Program-made: the position numbers and the translations under genes | The notes under the pieces: model-generated | Told to the model about the DNA's origin: nothing | The model's input: only the letters and a program-made list of their open reading frames with translations | Databases searched by the model: none | Part shown: positions 25,518-37,389 of the stretch, piece after piece | Layout: every line of letters begins with the position of its first letter | How positions within the stretch are numbered: the first letter of the stretch is position 1 | Assembly: GCA_951406725.2 (NCBI GenBank) | Contig: OX597821.1 | Coordinates: 76,570,001 to 76,634,000, forward strand | Direction: 5' to 3' | Length of the DNA: 64,000 nt | Source of the DNA: Octopus vulgaris | Taxonomy: Eukaryota

Positions 25518-27145
25518 TTTTTTTATTACTCACGAGGGGCTACATAGAGGGGACATAGAACATCAATTACATAAATATGGGTAAATGAATTAATGAAAAT
25601 GATATATGAAAGCGACGCTAACGGCCCCATCCGCTAGCATCACTTACCTGTCCTTTAGTTATTAGTCCCAAACGAATGCTCCTTGTTCAGTTCCTATAAA
25701 AAAATCCATCCATCTCCATCCTTCTCTCAAACGTCTCTTCCAAATCCCTCATGATTTTTTCGACCATTCTCACTTCACTTACTTCCCAATCCCCCCTTTC
25801 ACACATTACCATAAACTCGTCCATTCGTTCTTTTCCAATTACTGCATATCTGATCGGTCCTCTGTCACACCATTGATATTCTTCCATTGTCTTTTTAATC
25901 TTTTCTTTTCCCGTCATACATACAATGTTGGGCCTGGGTTCATTTTTTGTATCTTGGTATTGTGTGTCTTTTCTTTTCTGTTTTCTTGTTGGAGGGGAGC
26001 GGGTGGGTTCACTGTCTGCAGGGAGAGGGTGGGACTCAGAGGGTGTGGTTGGTGTTGGGGTGGATTGAGGTTCCGCACTGTTTACTTTTCCTCTTATTCT
26101 TCTCTTCCTCTTTTTCCGGGCTTCTTCCCATTCTTTTGAAACTTCTTCTGTTGTCTCTTTCTCTTCTGATTTCTGCACTTCTTCCGCCTCTCTTTGTGGT
26201 TCCGCATCCATATTTTTCTCTGGAGGAGGGCAGTTAGCTCTTATGTGGCCTCTCATGCCACACTTATAACAGCGCGGGGCTCTGCCCTCCACCCACACTC
26301 TCATGATGATGTTTCCCATTCTTATATTTTCTGTTAATCTTTCTAGCGTTTTGGTCTCTGCCTGTGCGTTCATATCCAGGGTAGCACCCCCCCAGATTTC
26401 ATAATTTATGGTGGCATGGAGGATGTCTACCTTTTCTTCATTTCCCTTAATTACAGCTGCTGCTATATATTCGCCCTCTAGGTGTGGGGATATTCCCTCC
26501 ACCCTGATTCGCGTGGTTTTCCTGTTTAGGTATGAAGGTAGCAGGTATACCTTCTCCGTTCTTACTGCCTTGGCTGTCATTTTTCTTGCGACGCTCTCGC
26601 TCCTATATTGAACCGTCACTGTCCCGTATTCCATTCCTCTTGTCAAATAAACAATTTCCTCCTCTGTCTGTTTTAGCGCCTCTTCAATAATTTCCATGCT
26701 TACTATTTCAATTCTTTTTCTTCCATTTGCGTACACTCTATATTTGACGGTCCTGCGATCGAACCACTCACCACGCTTTGTTGGAGGTGACAGTTCGACT
26801 TCACCGTCCTCCTCTTTCATAAATTCCTGGAAGCCTGGCAGTTTAACCAGGTCTACCTCTTTTTCTTCCGACTTCTTCTTCGTTACTCCTGCATACGTAT
26901 TTCCAAGCTTCTTATCCATTCTTTTCACTGCTCTTTCTAGTTCCTCCTCAGACGTCGACAATTCCGACAAACTTTCAAACAAATTATTCCTGGCCATCTC
27001 TCCCGTTAGGGAGGAGCAGTCCATTTTTCTCCTTGTCTGTCTCAACACAGACAGACAACAACCAAAATCCTCACACCTAAACGTTCAACAATAATAAATT
27101 CGACAATCAGCAAACAGTCAGCAGCTCACAAAAAAGTCAACCTAG
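25518..27145 (-). mobile_element. ORF1-only non-autonomous Tx1-derived retroelement ('half-Tx1')
   Basis: T/G-rich 5' UTR, single intact ORF1, about 170-nt 3' UTR ending GCCCCTCGTGAGTAATAAAAAAA; no endonuclease or RT. Confidence 0.85.
25687..27024 (-). CDS. Intact gag-like ORF1 protein with CCHC zinc knuckle (445 aa from the first ATG)
   Basis: Uninterrupted ORF; LLPSY, VEGRAPRCYKCGMRGHIRANC; homologous to ORF1 of the Tx1 copies. Confidence 0.85.
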   Translation of the reverse strand: MDCSSLTGEMARNNLFESLSELSTSEEELERAVKRMDKKLGNTYAGVTKKKSEEKEVDLVKLPGFQEFMKEEDGEVELSPPTKRGEWFDRRTVKYRVYANGRKRIEIVSMEIIEEALKQTEEEIVYLTRGMEYGTVTVQYRSESVARKMTAKAVRTEKVYLLPSYLNRKTTRIRVEGISPHLEGEYIAAAVIKGNEEKVDILHATINYEIWGGATLDMNAQAETKTLERLTENIRMGNIIMRVWVEGRAPRCYKCGMRGHIRANCPPPEKNMDAEPQREAEEVQKSEEKETTEEVSKEWEEARKKRKRRIRGKVNSAEPQSTPTPTTPSESHPLPADSEPTRSPPTRKQKRKDTQYQDTKNEPRPNIVCMTGKEKIKKTMEEYQWCDRGPIRYAVIGKERMDEFMVMCERGDWEVSEVRMVEKIMRDLEETFERRMEMDGFFYRN

Positions 27146-27785
27146 ATTTTCAAGTGACGTTTAAATAAGAAATGAAATTCATTGAAATGTTAACTTTAGT
27201 TAATCATGCAAAAAAAGCCAATTGGAATATTCCACTCTGTAATGATATATACTACAATAACAAAGAAATTATTTTAGATTTGTGCATAAGTATTCATTGG
27301 ATCTAATCCAGATAGTATTTTCAAAAAGCTTTACAGTTTTATATTTTAAAAATTTAATTTTAAAGTTTAAGAAAATCATAAGACGCTAAATATTTATGCT
27401 TACAACATACTAAAATGTCTGTAATTTTATTTAATTATATGTCTTTATTTCTATTACTAGCGTATAGTATGCTACTCGATTCCTTGATGCAAAGCCTATA
27501 CGATTTAGTATATTTGTTCTATGGTGTTGATTCGTTAATTATACTCAATGTTAGACTGTATGAGGTGGTTAATGTATGATGCTAAAGTCATGGAATTTTT
27601 TTATATAGGGGTGAATAAATGAACTCTTGTGTCCCATATATCTAATGTGTATACATGTATATACATGTATGTCTAGATGTATATATATAGATGTACATGT
27701 AATATGTACACATATATATATATGCATACATATATACACCCATACACACATACACACACACACACACACACATACATACATAAGT

Positions 27786-28100
27786 GCAGGTGTGGCTGTG
27801 TGGTAACAAACTTGGTTCCAAAACACATGGTCCTCAGTTCAGTCCCACTGTGTGGTAACTTGGCTTGTGTCTTCTGCTATAGCCTGAGACCAACCAAAGC
27901 CTTGTCAGTGGATTTTGTAGACAGAAACTGAAAGAAATCAATTGTATGTATATGTATGTATATATGTAAGTCTATGTGTGTGTCTTCGTGTTTCTCCCTC
28001 ATCACTGCTTCACAACTGGTGTTCGTTTATTTACATCCCCATAATTTACTGGTTTCACAAGAAGAAACTGATAGAATAAGTACCATGCTTATCAAAATAT
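27786..28100 (+). mobile_element. SINE family A, diverged
   Basis: Head and body similarity to other copies. Confidence 0.8.
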
Positions 28101-28169
28101 AAAACAGCACTACGAAGTGTCTCATATTTTTGTTTGCCCACTCAGTTGTATCTATCAATTTATCTTTGT

Positions 28170-28216
<47 letters not shown>

Positions 28217-28261
28217 TGTATGTGTGTGTATACATATATGTATACACACATATATATATAT

Positions 28262-28470
28262 AATGTGACCGTGTGTGTACCGTTGGCGATTTTTTTCCTC
28301 CGTCTTCCCTTCTCTGGATCTTTCCTTTTCCTATGTTTCTGACGAAGAGCTCCACTCAAAACGTTAAACCCTCCTTCTTCCCTTCCTTCCTGAGCGTCCA
28401 ATAATACTATATTTGTTCTATGTCCTCGCGTTGTTGTGTTTTCTCTTTGTGTTTTCATGTTTGGATTAAC
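28262..28470 (+). mobile_element. About 205-bp hammerhead-bearing element in (TA)n, copy 1
   Basis: Similar to 38666-38871; GUUU-CUGACGA-AGAG..CUC-AAAA(GAAA mutated)-CG-UU-AAAC at 28335-28369. Confidence 0.7.
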
Positions 28471-28472
28471 TT

Positions 28473-28532
<60 letters not shown>

Positions 28533-28759
28533 GTTCTTGAACCGGTACTTCAAGTAATGACTAGGGTAGGGTAATTGACTGCCTATTGTGATTATTCGTC
28601 TTTTGGTTTCCTGTAGCTTTGCTCTCTTTTACAAACCCAGTGAATATATATTTCCTATTTGAAAGAAATTCAAACAATAAATATAAGACCCAAGTTAAAA
28701 AGATTTTCAACAATTCAACTTCTCTGGTTGACATTAAGATGCCCACTCCCAACAGGTGC

Positions 28760-29048
28760 CTTAACTCTCACATTTTAGAGCTCCATGACCTTCATTTTTT
28801 AGGAGCAAAATCTTTTTAACAGGTTCAATAACACTGGAATTTTGGAATATGCGCATAAAAATAAGTAGTATGGGATACATGTGGCACGATTACAAATTTT
28901 TTTAGGGTGTATAAAGAGGGAAATAACCCTCATCTGCAATTTTGATGAAATTCGAAACATAGATATTCCAGTTCATTACAGAAAATATAACCGAAAAGTC
29001 TAATTCTTCAATTGAATGTAACCGGGCAACGCCGGGTATCTCTGCTAG
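28760..29048 (+). mobile_element. Helitron 3' end
   Basis: Hairpin CCGGGCAACGCCGGG, then CTAG|T at 29045-29049; left boundary uncertain. Confidence 0.75.
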
Positions 29049-29049
29049 T

Positions 29050-30057
29050 ACGATATAAAATACAGTGCCAAAGGGAATAATGAAGGACGACAATCGTTCT
29101 AATGTTTGAAGGAGAAGAAGACTTTATTTACAATGTGTACAAAGGGAATGTGTGTGAGTGCTAGAGGAGTGTAGTGTCTGGCCATGCGACAAGTGTTTGT
29201 GTCTGAGTGTTCGTGTATGCGACAGAAGGTACAAGCAATGGTGCATGCATATAAAGCAGAAATACAGAATACAGAGCATAAGATACGTTTCTCAGCATAT
29301 TGAGTTGAGATGGAATTTGTTTACCAGTTCGTAAGTGAGGTACACGACAGCAAGAGTTCTATAACAAGATGTTGAGGGTCACGTAGCAGAGGCCGGTTAC
29401 TACATGTGTAAAAGTTGTGGCTATCATGCTGTGCCGAGTCTCTTGATGCAGAAAGTTCTTTCAGGTAGACTGTAACTGTTTTACCTCGGTGAAATATTCA
29501 CAAACAGTGTGAGTTTAAACCTGTGTGAATGTTGATGTATACATATTGCTGAAGTCGACGGAGATGGAGACGATGCAGAGGTCAAGGACGAAGATGGTGA
29601 TGGCAGCGGCAGAGGGAGACGACGTCGAGAAGAAGGCGACGGAGATGTAGAACGTCCTGTCTGTCGCTGGTGTATAATAGCGTCTTCATGGCTGGCTGGC
29701 TGGCTGGCTGGTCATCTCTCGTTGGAACTGGAACACGGCTGAGTAGCTCTGTGGTCAATGACTAGACCTTAGAAGGTCTAGAGCCAAAGACCCGGAATAG
29801 TGAATGCTGGCCTTTTTATAGCGTGTGGTAGGCTCAAATGAAGGATCAGAAAAATAGTGTCACGAGACCTTATCCAAAGGCCGTGATTGGTTGGCTTACA
29901 CACTGGCGCGAAATAAGTCGAAAGAAAAACTGCGCCAAATGCCAACCAATCAGAGCAGTGGACACAAGACGGTCAAACTAGCCAAAGATGGTTGTAATCT
30001 CAAACGAGATCATTCGTAATGTGTCTCTCAAACAGTGAGGGTATCAATTACGCTACA
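29050..30057 (-). mobile_element. Probable solo LTR
   Basis: Minus strand starts TGTAGCG, then CCAAT boxes, TATAAAAAG near 29815 and AATAAA near 29125; no TSD found. Confidence 0.45.
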
Positions 30058-30120
30058 AGCTGTAGGTCGGGCATGATTGAAAAGAGTTATGATAAAAGGT
30101 ATTATGAGCTTGACTAATAC

Positions 30121-30161
<41 letters not shown>

Positions 30162-30642
30162 CTCCTCTCTAAGTTAGGCACATCCTTGACCACGTTATCC
30201 GGCGTCTTTCTCCTTTTAAGATAGTCCGGTATGACATGAACGAGATTTGGTTGTTATTTCGAGCATGTACAGCAACCATGGCACATGATAATATTGGAAT
30301 AATCGCTTAGTATATAAGTTCTTTCTCAATCAATGTTTCAAAACGTCGGTCAAGCAAAATGAGTTTCAGCATCCGGTGAGAACAAAACTGCAAGACGATA
30401 GAAAAAATCAAACAACCATCTCCATTTTAAGTGACAGCAGAGATAAACGTTAACCGGAGGAATCCATACATAATCGTTAATGCAAATGTTCGTATCGTTT
30501 GGTTGCTTCACTGCATGTATGAGATTAGACAATCAGACAGTTTTACTGATAAGAACAATTTTGTGAAGGAGTGAGTACGGCCTTATTCCATCGACCTTCG
30601 ATTCGATTCAATTTCAGAATAGCATAGAATTAGACAAAATAT

Positions 30643-31087
30643 TACTCTTTTACTTGCTTCAGTCATTTGACTGTGGCCATGCTGGAGTCAACCGCCTTTA
30701 GTCGAATGAATCGACTCCAGGACTTATTCTTTGTAAGCCTAGTACTTATTCTATCGGTCTCCTTTTTGCCGAATCGCTAAGTTACGGGGACGTAAACACA
30801 CCAGCATCGGTTGTCAAGCGATGTTGGGGGGACAAACACAGACAGACAAACATACAAACACACACATACATGCTCTTTACTCTTTCACTTGTTTCAGTCG
30901 TTTGACTGTGGCCATGCTGGAGCACCCCCTTTAGTCGAGCAAATTGACTCCAGGACTTATTCTTTGGAAGCCTAATACTTATTCTATCGGTCTCTTTTGC
31001 CAAACCGCTAAGTTACGGGAACGTAAACACACCAGCATCGATTGTCAGGTGATGATGGGGGAAAAACACACACACAAACATACACAA

Positions 31088-31152
<65 letters not shown>

Positions 31153-31783
31153 AAATATTAGGGAATAAATCCAAATTTACAGGGAAAAATCAGATTTAGG
31201 ATTGAATCCAATTTTATAGTAAAATATTATATAATATTAATTAGAGACAAAACCACTATTATGCAAATCAAACAAAGAAAGACTTAATCCAATACATAAA
31301 AATTTTATATAAATTAAATAAAATTAAGTTATCCACTACAATTGTTTCTTGTCACTTCTAAGGACATTCATCAGGTGGTTTTCAGACCTTCTATTCAATT
31401 TTAAATTATGAAGTTCATAATTTAAAATTGAATAGAAGGTCTGAAAACCACCTGATGAATGTCCTTAGAAGTGACAAGAAACAATTGTAGTGGATAACTT
31501 AATTTTATTTAATTTATATAAAATTTTTTATGTATTGGATTAAGTCTTTCTTTGTTTGATTTGCATAATAGTGGTTTTGTCTCTAATTAATATTATATAT
31601 ATATATATATACATATATGAGACGGGCTTCTTTCAGTTTCCGGTTACCAAATCCACTCACAAGGCTTTGGTCGGCCCGAGGCTATAGTAGAAGACACTTG
31701 ACCAAGGTGCCACGCAGTGGAACTGAAGCCGGAACTATGAGGTTGGTAAGCAAGTTACTTACCACACAGCCACTCCTACGCCT
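30643..31783 (-). mobile_element. Two SINE family A pieces; the second is split by a palindromic insertion in its (TA)n
   Basis: 3' halves at about 30643-30870 and 30873-31100; matching 5' half at about 31620-31783. Confidence 0.85.
31448..31493 (+). ncRNA. Type I hammerhead ribozyme (inverted copy at 31333-31378)
   Basis: CCAC-CUGAUGA-aUGUC...GACAa-GAAA-CAAUUG-UA-GUGG. Confidence 0.8.
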
Positions 31784-31829
31784 ATGTAAAGCATTTCAGA
31801 GAATATTCAGCTAATATTGCTTTCAAATT

Positions 31830-32562
31830 TTCGCACATGGCTAGCAAGATCGGGAATGATGTGGAGGATAGTCGATCACATCGATCTCTGTTGGAACCTG
31901 TTTTATCGACTCTGAAAGAATTAGTAACAAAGTCAACCATGGCGGAATTTGAACTCAGAACGTAAAGATGGACGAAATACCGCTGAGTATATTGACCGGC
32001 GTGCTTACGATTCCGCCAGGTCGCTGTCTTATATTCAGCTAACAATGGTTTCATATTTTGGCACAAGGCCAGCAATTTCAGGGAAGGGACTGATTCGATT
32101 AAATCGACCACATTGCTCAACTGGTACTTATTTTATCGACTCCTGAAAGAATGAAATGCAAAAACGACCTCGGTGGAATTTGAACTCTGAACCTAAAGGC
32201 GGACGTAATGCCACTAAGAATTTACTCAGTGTGCTAACGATACTGCCAAGCTCACTGCCTTATATTGAGCAAATATTCTTTTCTACTCTAGGCACAAGGT
32301 CCGAAAGTTTGAGAGAAGAGGCCAGTCGATTAAGTCAACCACAGTACGCGACTGGTACTTAAATCATCGACCCCGAAAGGATGAAAGGCAAAGCCGACCT
32401 CGACGGAATTTGAACTCAGTACATAAAGACAGACGAATATTGAGCAAATATTCTTTTCTACTCTAGGCACAAGGCCCGAAATTTTCAGGGAGAGGGCCAG
32501 TCGATTAGATCGATCCAAGTACGCAATTGGTGCTTAATTTATCGACCCCGAAAGGATGAAGG
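31830..32562 (-). mobile_element. Cluster of SINE family B copies and fragments
   Basis: Repeated reverse complement of GAGTTCAAATTCC...GCCTTTCATCCTTTCGGGGTCGATAAA. Confidence 0.8.
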
Positions 32563-32564
32563 CA

Positions 32565-33510
32565 AACTGGATCTGTTGACCAATCTAGGCTATTTTTTGT
32601 AAGTTTCTGCATCATTTGGTCCAGTTGGTTGCAGTATACTTCGGCCGTGATTGATGAACCAAGTTTAATGAAATCATAATGGATCACACCAGCGCCAAAC
32701 CACCAAACACACACCATCAGATTCTTTTGATGAAATTTGCTTTTTGGAGTGTTTTGGTGGCTCGTCTTTGTCCAACCAAATTGTGCTGAACGTTTACAGT
32801 TGTTATATTGGATCCATTTCTCATCACATGTTACAATTCAATTAAAAAATTATTCATTTTTTGGACGAGAAAGTAGCATAACGCAGGCTTCCAAACGTTG
32901 CTGTTTCTGATTTTTATTGAGTTCATATGGAACCCACTTATTCAACTTTTTAACTTTACTGATTTGAACTAAGTGAGTCAATATTGTTTGCTTGTTAACA
33001 CCAAACAACAACAATTATTTACGGGCACTTTGAGATGGATCTGACTCGACGGTGGCTTCAGTTCGTCATTATCCACCTTTGTTTCTGGTCGACTGCGTTG
33101 CTCATTTGTGGGATCAGTTACCAGAACGAAATTTTGCAAACCAACTGTCTGCTGTGTAATAACATTAGAATGAAATACTTCATTAACCTTCCGAGCTGTC
33201 TGTGATGCTGTATTTCCAAGAAAGAACTCATATTTCAAAACTGTACGAATTTCCGACTTATCTATCTTTAAACAGAAATAGCAAAAAACGAGTTATAAAT
33301 ACTTTTAATAAATACTATAAATACTATAAATACTACACATTTCTTTATTCTAACTCATTTTGTGCTTTATAAAGCACAAAATGAGTTAGAATAAAGAAAT
33401 GTGTCAGCTTTGTAACAAAAAATATTGTTAAACTATAATAATGGCGCAAAATGATCAGCTATCAAAGTTTACCATATACCTTACTATAAATTTCATACTT
33501 GACGACCTAA
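32565..33510 (-). mobile_element. 5' half of a mariner transposon
   Basis: TIR TTAGGTCGTCAAGTATGAAA at 33510; LKYEF..G.TA..TAR, WVPYEL, TCDEKWI, MVCVWW...GVIHYDF. Confidence 0.85.
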
Positions 33511-33554
33511 TATTTAAGCTAACGTCCATTCCTCAGTTTTGTATTTATAATAAA

Positions 33555-33800
33555 ACTAACTGGATCCGTGAAAACTTCACGGAAAACGTAAATGTAAGCA
33601 TCTATAAATAGTGACTTCATTTAATTACTATCGAATAATTAGGTATAAGCAGGATCCTGGGGGATTCTATGAAACACAAAAATGTAAGTATCTTTAGAAG
33701 TAACATCCAATTACAGTGTAGAAAAGTAAAAATAAAATCGAATATTGGCCGAGGACGCAGTATAGAGAATATGGTAATTAATTATATTGTAGGAAAGTAA
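33555..33800 (-). mobile_element. Possible Helitron 3' end
   Basis: Hairpin CCGTGAAGTTTTCACGG followed by TTAG|T (CTAG variant). Confidence 0.4.
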
Positions 33801-33900
33801 AAGCAACGTCCAATATTTGCTGTGATTATGTAATTGTTAATTCTGAAAATACGGATAAACATTTAAAAACACAAAACGAACGCCACCTTCCTTTCAGTCA

Positions 33901-33938
<38 letters not shown>

Positions 33939-34121
33939 TCACTTCTTCTCTGTCCCTCCTTCTCTCTCCTTCTTCCTCTCACTTCTACTGTACCTTCTCC
34001 GCTTAACACATTTCTCTTTTCCGTTCTACCTCTCCCTTCAATGTAAAAAAGAAACAGTAACATCCACAGTTATTTGCTGAGAGACAGACAGAGGCAGAGG
34101 CATTGGCAGACACAGACAGAG

Positions 34122-34179
<58 letters not shown>

Positions 34180-34509
34180 AACAGAGAGACAACCAGACAG
34201 AGGGAGAGAAGTGTATTAGAGAGAGAAGCAGACAGAAAAATTGTCAAACAGAGGGAGAGAGAGTGTGTGTGTTAGAGAGTGTTAGAGAGAGGGGCAGACA
34301 GAATAACTGTCAGATACAGAGAAGGAGAGAGAGTGTTAGAGAGAGGGGCAGACAGACAGACAGACAGCATTTCTTTTGGCAATTTCCATATTTTTTTCAA
34401 CGGCTTTATCACATATCGTCCAAAATGAAAAGTTTTCCAGCATTTTCTCTATAAACATGCTTTCATTTCCTTTCACTATCATTCTCTATCCTCTCTCTCT
34501 TCCTTCACT

Positions 34510-34548
<39 letters not shown>

Positions 34549-34844
34549 AATCTTACTTCCCCCCTTCCAACCTCTCTTCCTCCTCTTTATCTCCTTGCCT
34601 CTCTAACCGTCCACCTGTCTTTAACGCGTTATATTTCTCTTGCCTCTCAGCGCCATCAATCTCTCTCCCCCTCTCTCTCTCCCCCCTCTCTCTCTCTCTC
34701 TCTTTCTCTTACTTCCTCTTACTTCCTCCTCTTTGCCGCTTAGCCTCTCACTTCAACTATACTTCCTCTGCTTAACAAGTTTTATTTCTCTCTTTTTACC
34801 TCTTCCATTCAACTAAGTGTGAAACACACCACAGCAGTGAGCAG

Positions 34845-36130
34845 CCGGAAACGTTAGCACACCGGGCGAAATGCTTGGCGCTATTTCGTCTGTTCTAACG
34901 TTCTGAGTTCAAATTCCACCGAGGTTGACTTTGCCTTTCAGTTACGCACTGGGGGTCGATATAATCGACTTAATTCCTTTGTCTGTCCTTGTTTGTCCCC
35001 TCTGTGTTTAGCCCCTTGTGGGTAGTAAAGAAATAGCTATTTCGTCTGTTTTAACGTTCTTAGTTCAAATTCCACCGAGGTCGACTTTGCCTTTCATCCT
35101 TTCGAGGTCGATTAAATAAATACCAGTTACGCACTGGGGGTCAATATAATCGACTTAATTCCTTTGTCTGTCCTTGTTTGTCCCCTCTGTGTTTAGTCCC
35201 TTGTAGGTTGTAAAGAAATAGCTATTTCGTCTGTTTTAACGTTCTTAGTTCAAATTCCACCGAGGTCGACTTTGCCTTTCATCCTTTCGAGGTCGATTAA
35301 ATAAATACCAGTTACGCACTGGGGGTCAATATAATCGACTTAATTCCTTTGTATGTCCTTGTTTGTCCCCTCTGTGTTTAGCCCCTTGTGGGTAGTAAAG
35401 AAGTAGCTATTTCGTCTGTTTTAACGTTCTGAGTTCAAATTCCACCGAGATCGACTTTGCCTTTCATCCTTTCGAGGTCGATTAAATAAATACCAATTAC
35501 GCACTGGGGTTGATATAATCGACTTAATTCCTTTGTATGTCCTTGTCTGTCCCCTCTGTGTTTAGCCCCTTGTGGGTAGTAAAGAAATAGCTATTTCGTT
35601 GTTTTAACGTTCTGAGTTCAAATTCCACCGAGATCGACTTTGCCTTTCATCCTTTCGAGGTCGATTAAGTAAATACCAGTTACGCACTGGGGGTTGATAT
35701 AATCGACTTAATTCCTTTGTCTGTCCTTGTTTGTCCCCTCTGTGTTTAGCCCCTTGTGGGTAGTAAAGAAGTAGCTATTTCGTCTGTTTTAACGTTCTGA
35801 GTTCAAATTCCACCGAGATCGACTTTGCCTTTCATCTTTTCGAGGTCGATTAAGTAAATACCAGTTACTCGCCTTAATCGACTTAATTCCTTTGTATGTC
35901 CTTGTTTGTCCCCTCTGTGTTTAGCCCCTTGTGGGTAGTAAAGAAATAGCTATTTCGTCTGTTTTAACGTTCTTAGTTCAAATTCTACCGAGGTCGACTT
36001 TGCCTTTCATCCTTTCGGGGTCGATAAATTAAGTACCATTTACGCACTGGGGTCGATGTAATCGAATTAATCCCTTTGTCTGTTCTTGTTTGTCCCCTCT
36101 ATGTTTAGCCCCCTGTGGGCAATAAAGAAA
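34845..36130 (+). repeat. Tandem array of about 7 SINE family B units (period about 184 bp)
   Basis: Units restart with CTATTTCGT at about 34880, 35037, 35222, 35407, 35591, 35774 and 35950. Confidence 0.9.
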
Positions 36131-36491
36131 TATTATTGATGATGATGATGATGATGATGATAAATATATACAAACTATAAAAAAATATATACAGTACTGT
36201 TGTACTTCGCGGATTTTCACCTATCGCAGCGGTTGTGGGGTACGTAACACCCACGATAGTGGTGAGGTTACTGTAGTATCTTCTATCTTTGACTTGTTTC
36301 AATCGACTGCGGCCATGCTGGAGCACTACCTTGAATTTTTGATCGAATGGATTGATCCCTAGTACTTATTTCTATCTTACGCCTGGTACTTATTCTTTGT
36401 CGAACAGGGACGTAACCACACTAACTGGTTGTCAACCAGTAGTGGGGAACAAACGCAGACACAGACACACACACTCACATGCATACATGCA

Positions 36492-36526
<35 letters not shown>

Positions 36527-36907
36527 CCTCCATCACTGCTTGACAACCGGTGGTTGTTTGTTTATGTCCCTCTATCTCAGCGGTTCGTTAAAAGAGAATT
36601 AGTACCAAACTTTGTAAAATAAGTCCGATTTGTTCGACTAAAACCTCTCGTGGCGGTGCCCCAGCATGGCCGCAGTCCAATAACTAAAACAAAGAGAAGA
36701 TAAAATGCAAAAGATTTTATCCTACAAACAACAACAGGCTGAGTTCAGACTCGGTTGAATTCTAGATTAATTCTACAGCTTAATAGAAGTTAGTTCCATT
36801 CTCACCTTGTTTAACCTCATCAAATCTATATTATTTTGTCCAGTGATAAAGCAGTTAAATGAATAGTAAAGAGGTTAGTCACAGGAAGTAAGAATTAAAA
36901 CTAAAAC

Positions 36908-36955
<48 letters not shown>

Positions 36956-37389
36956 CATTATTATTATTATTCTTTGTCACATTTTGATACTGCGTCCGGG
37001 TTGTCATATCATTAAAATGTGGATGAGTGTATCCATTGTGTTGCATTGTTTTCTATATATACAAAGAACTTAAGTCAAAACCATACAATGAGGCAAGCGT
37101 GTATTAAGTAAGAGCTGAGCAGATATTAAAAGAGAGCGGCTAGCAAAAGATTAACGAACGGTAAAGAGTGAATGATAGGACGTTTTGAAGACAGAAGATA
37201 ACTAAAGACAGTCAAGGGGTTAATTAGAGACGAAAATAAAGTGATTGAAGGGATTGGTTGAGATAAGAGCAGGGAATGATTCCACTACATAGTATAGTAT
37301 AGTATAGTATAGTAAGGAAATAGGTTAACAAGGGGAAGAGAAGGGTTTAACTAAAACTGCAAGAAGTAAATAGAGATACAAGCCTAAAT

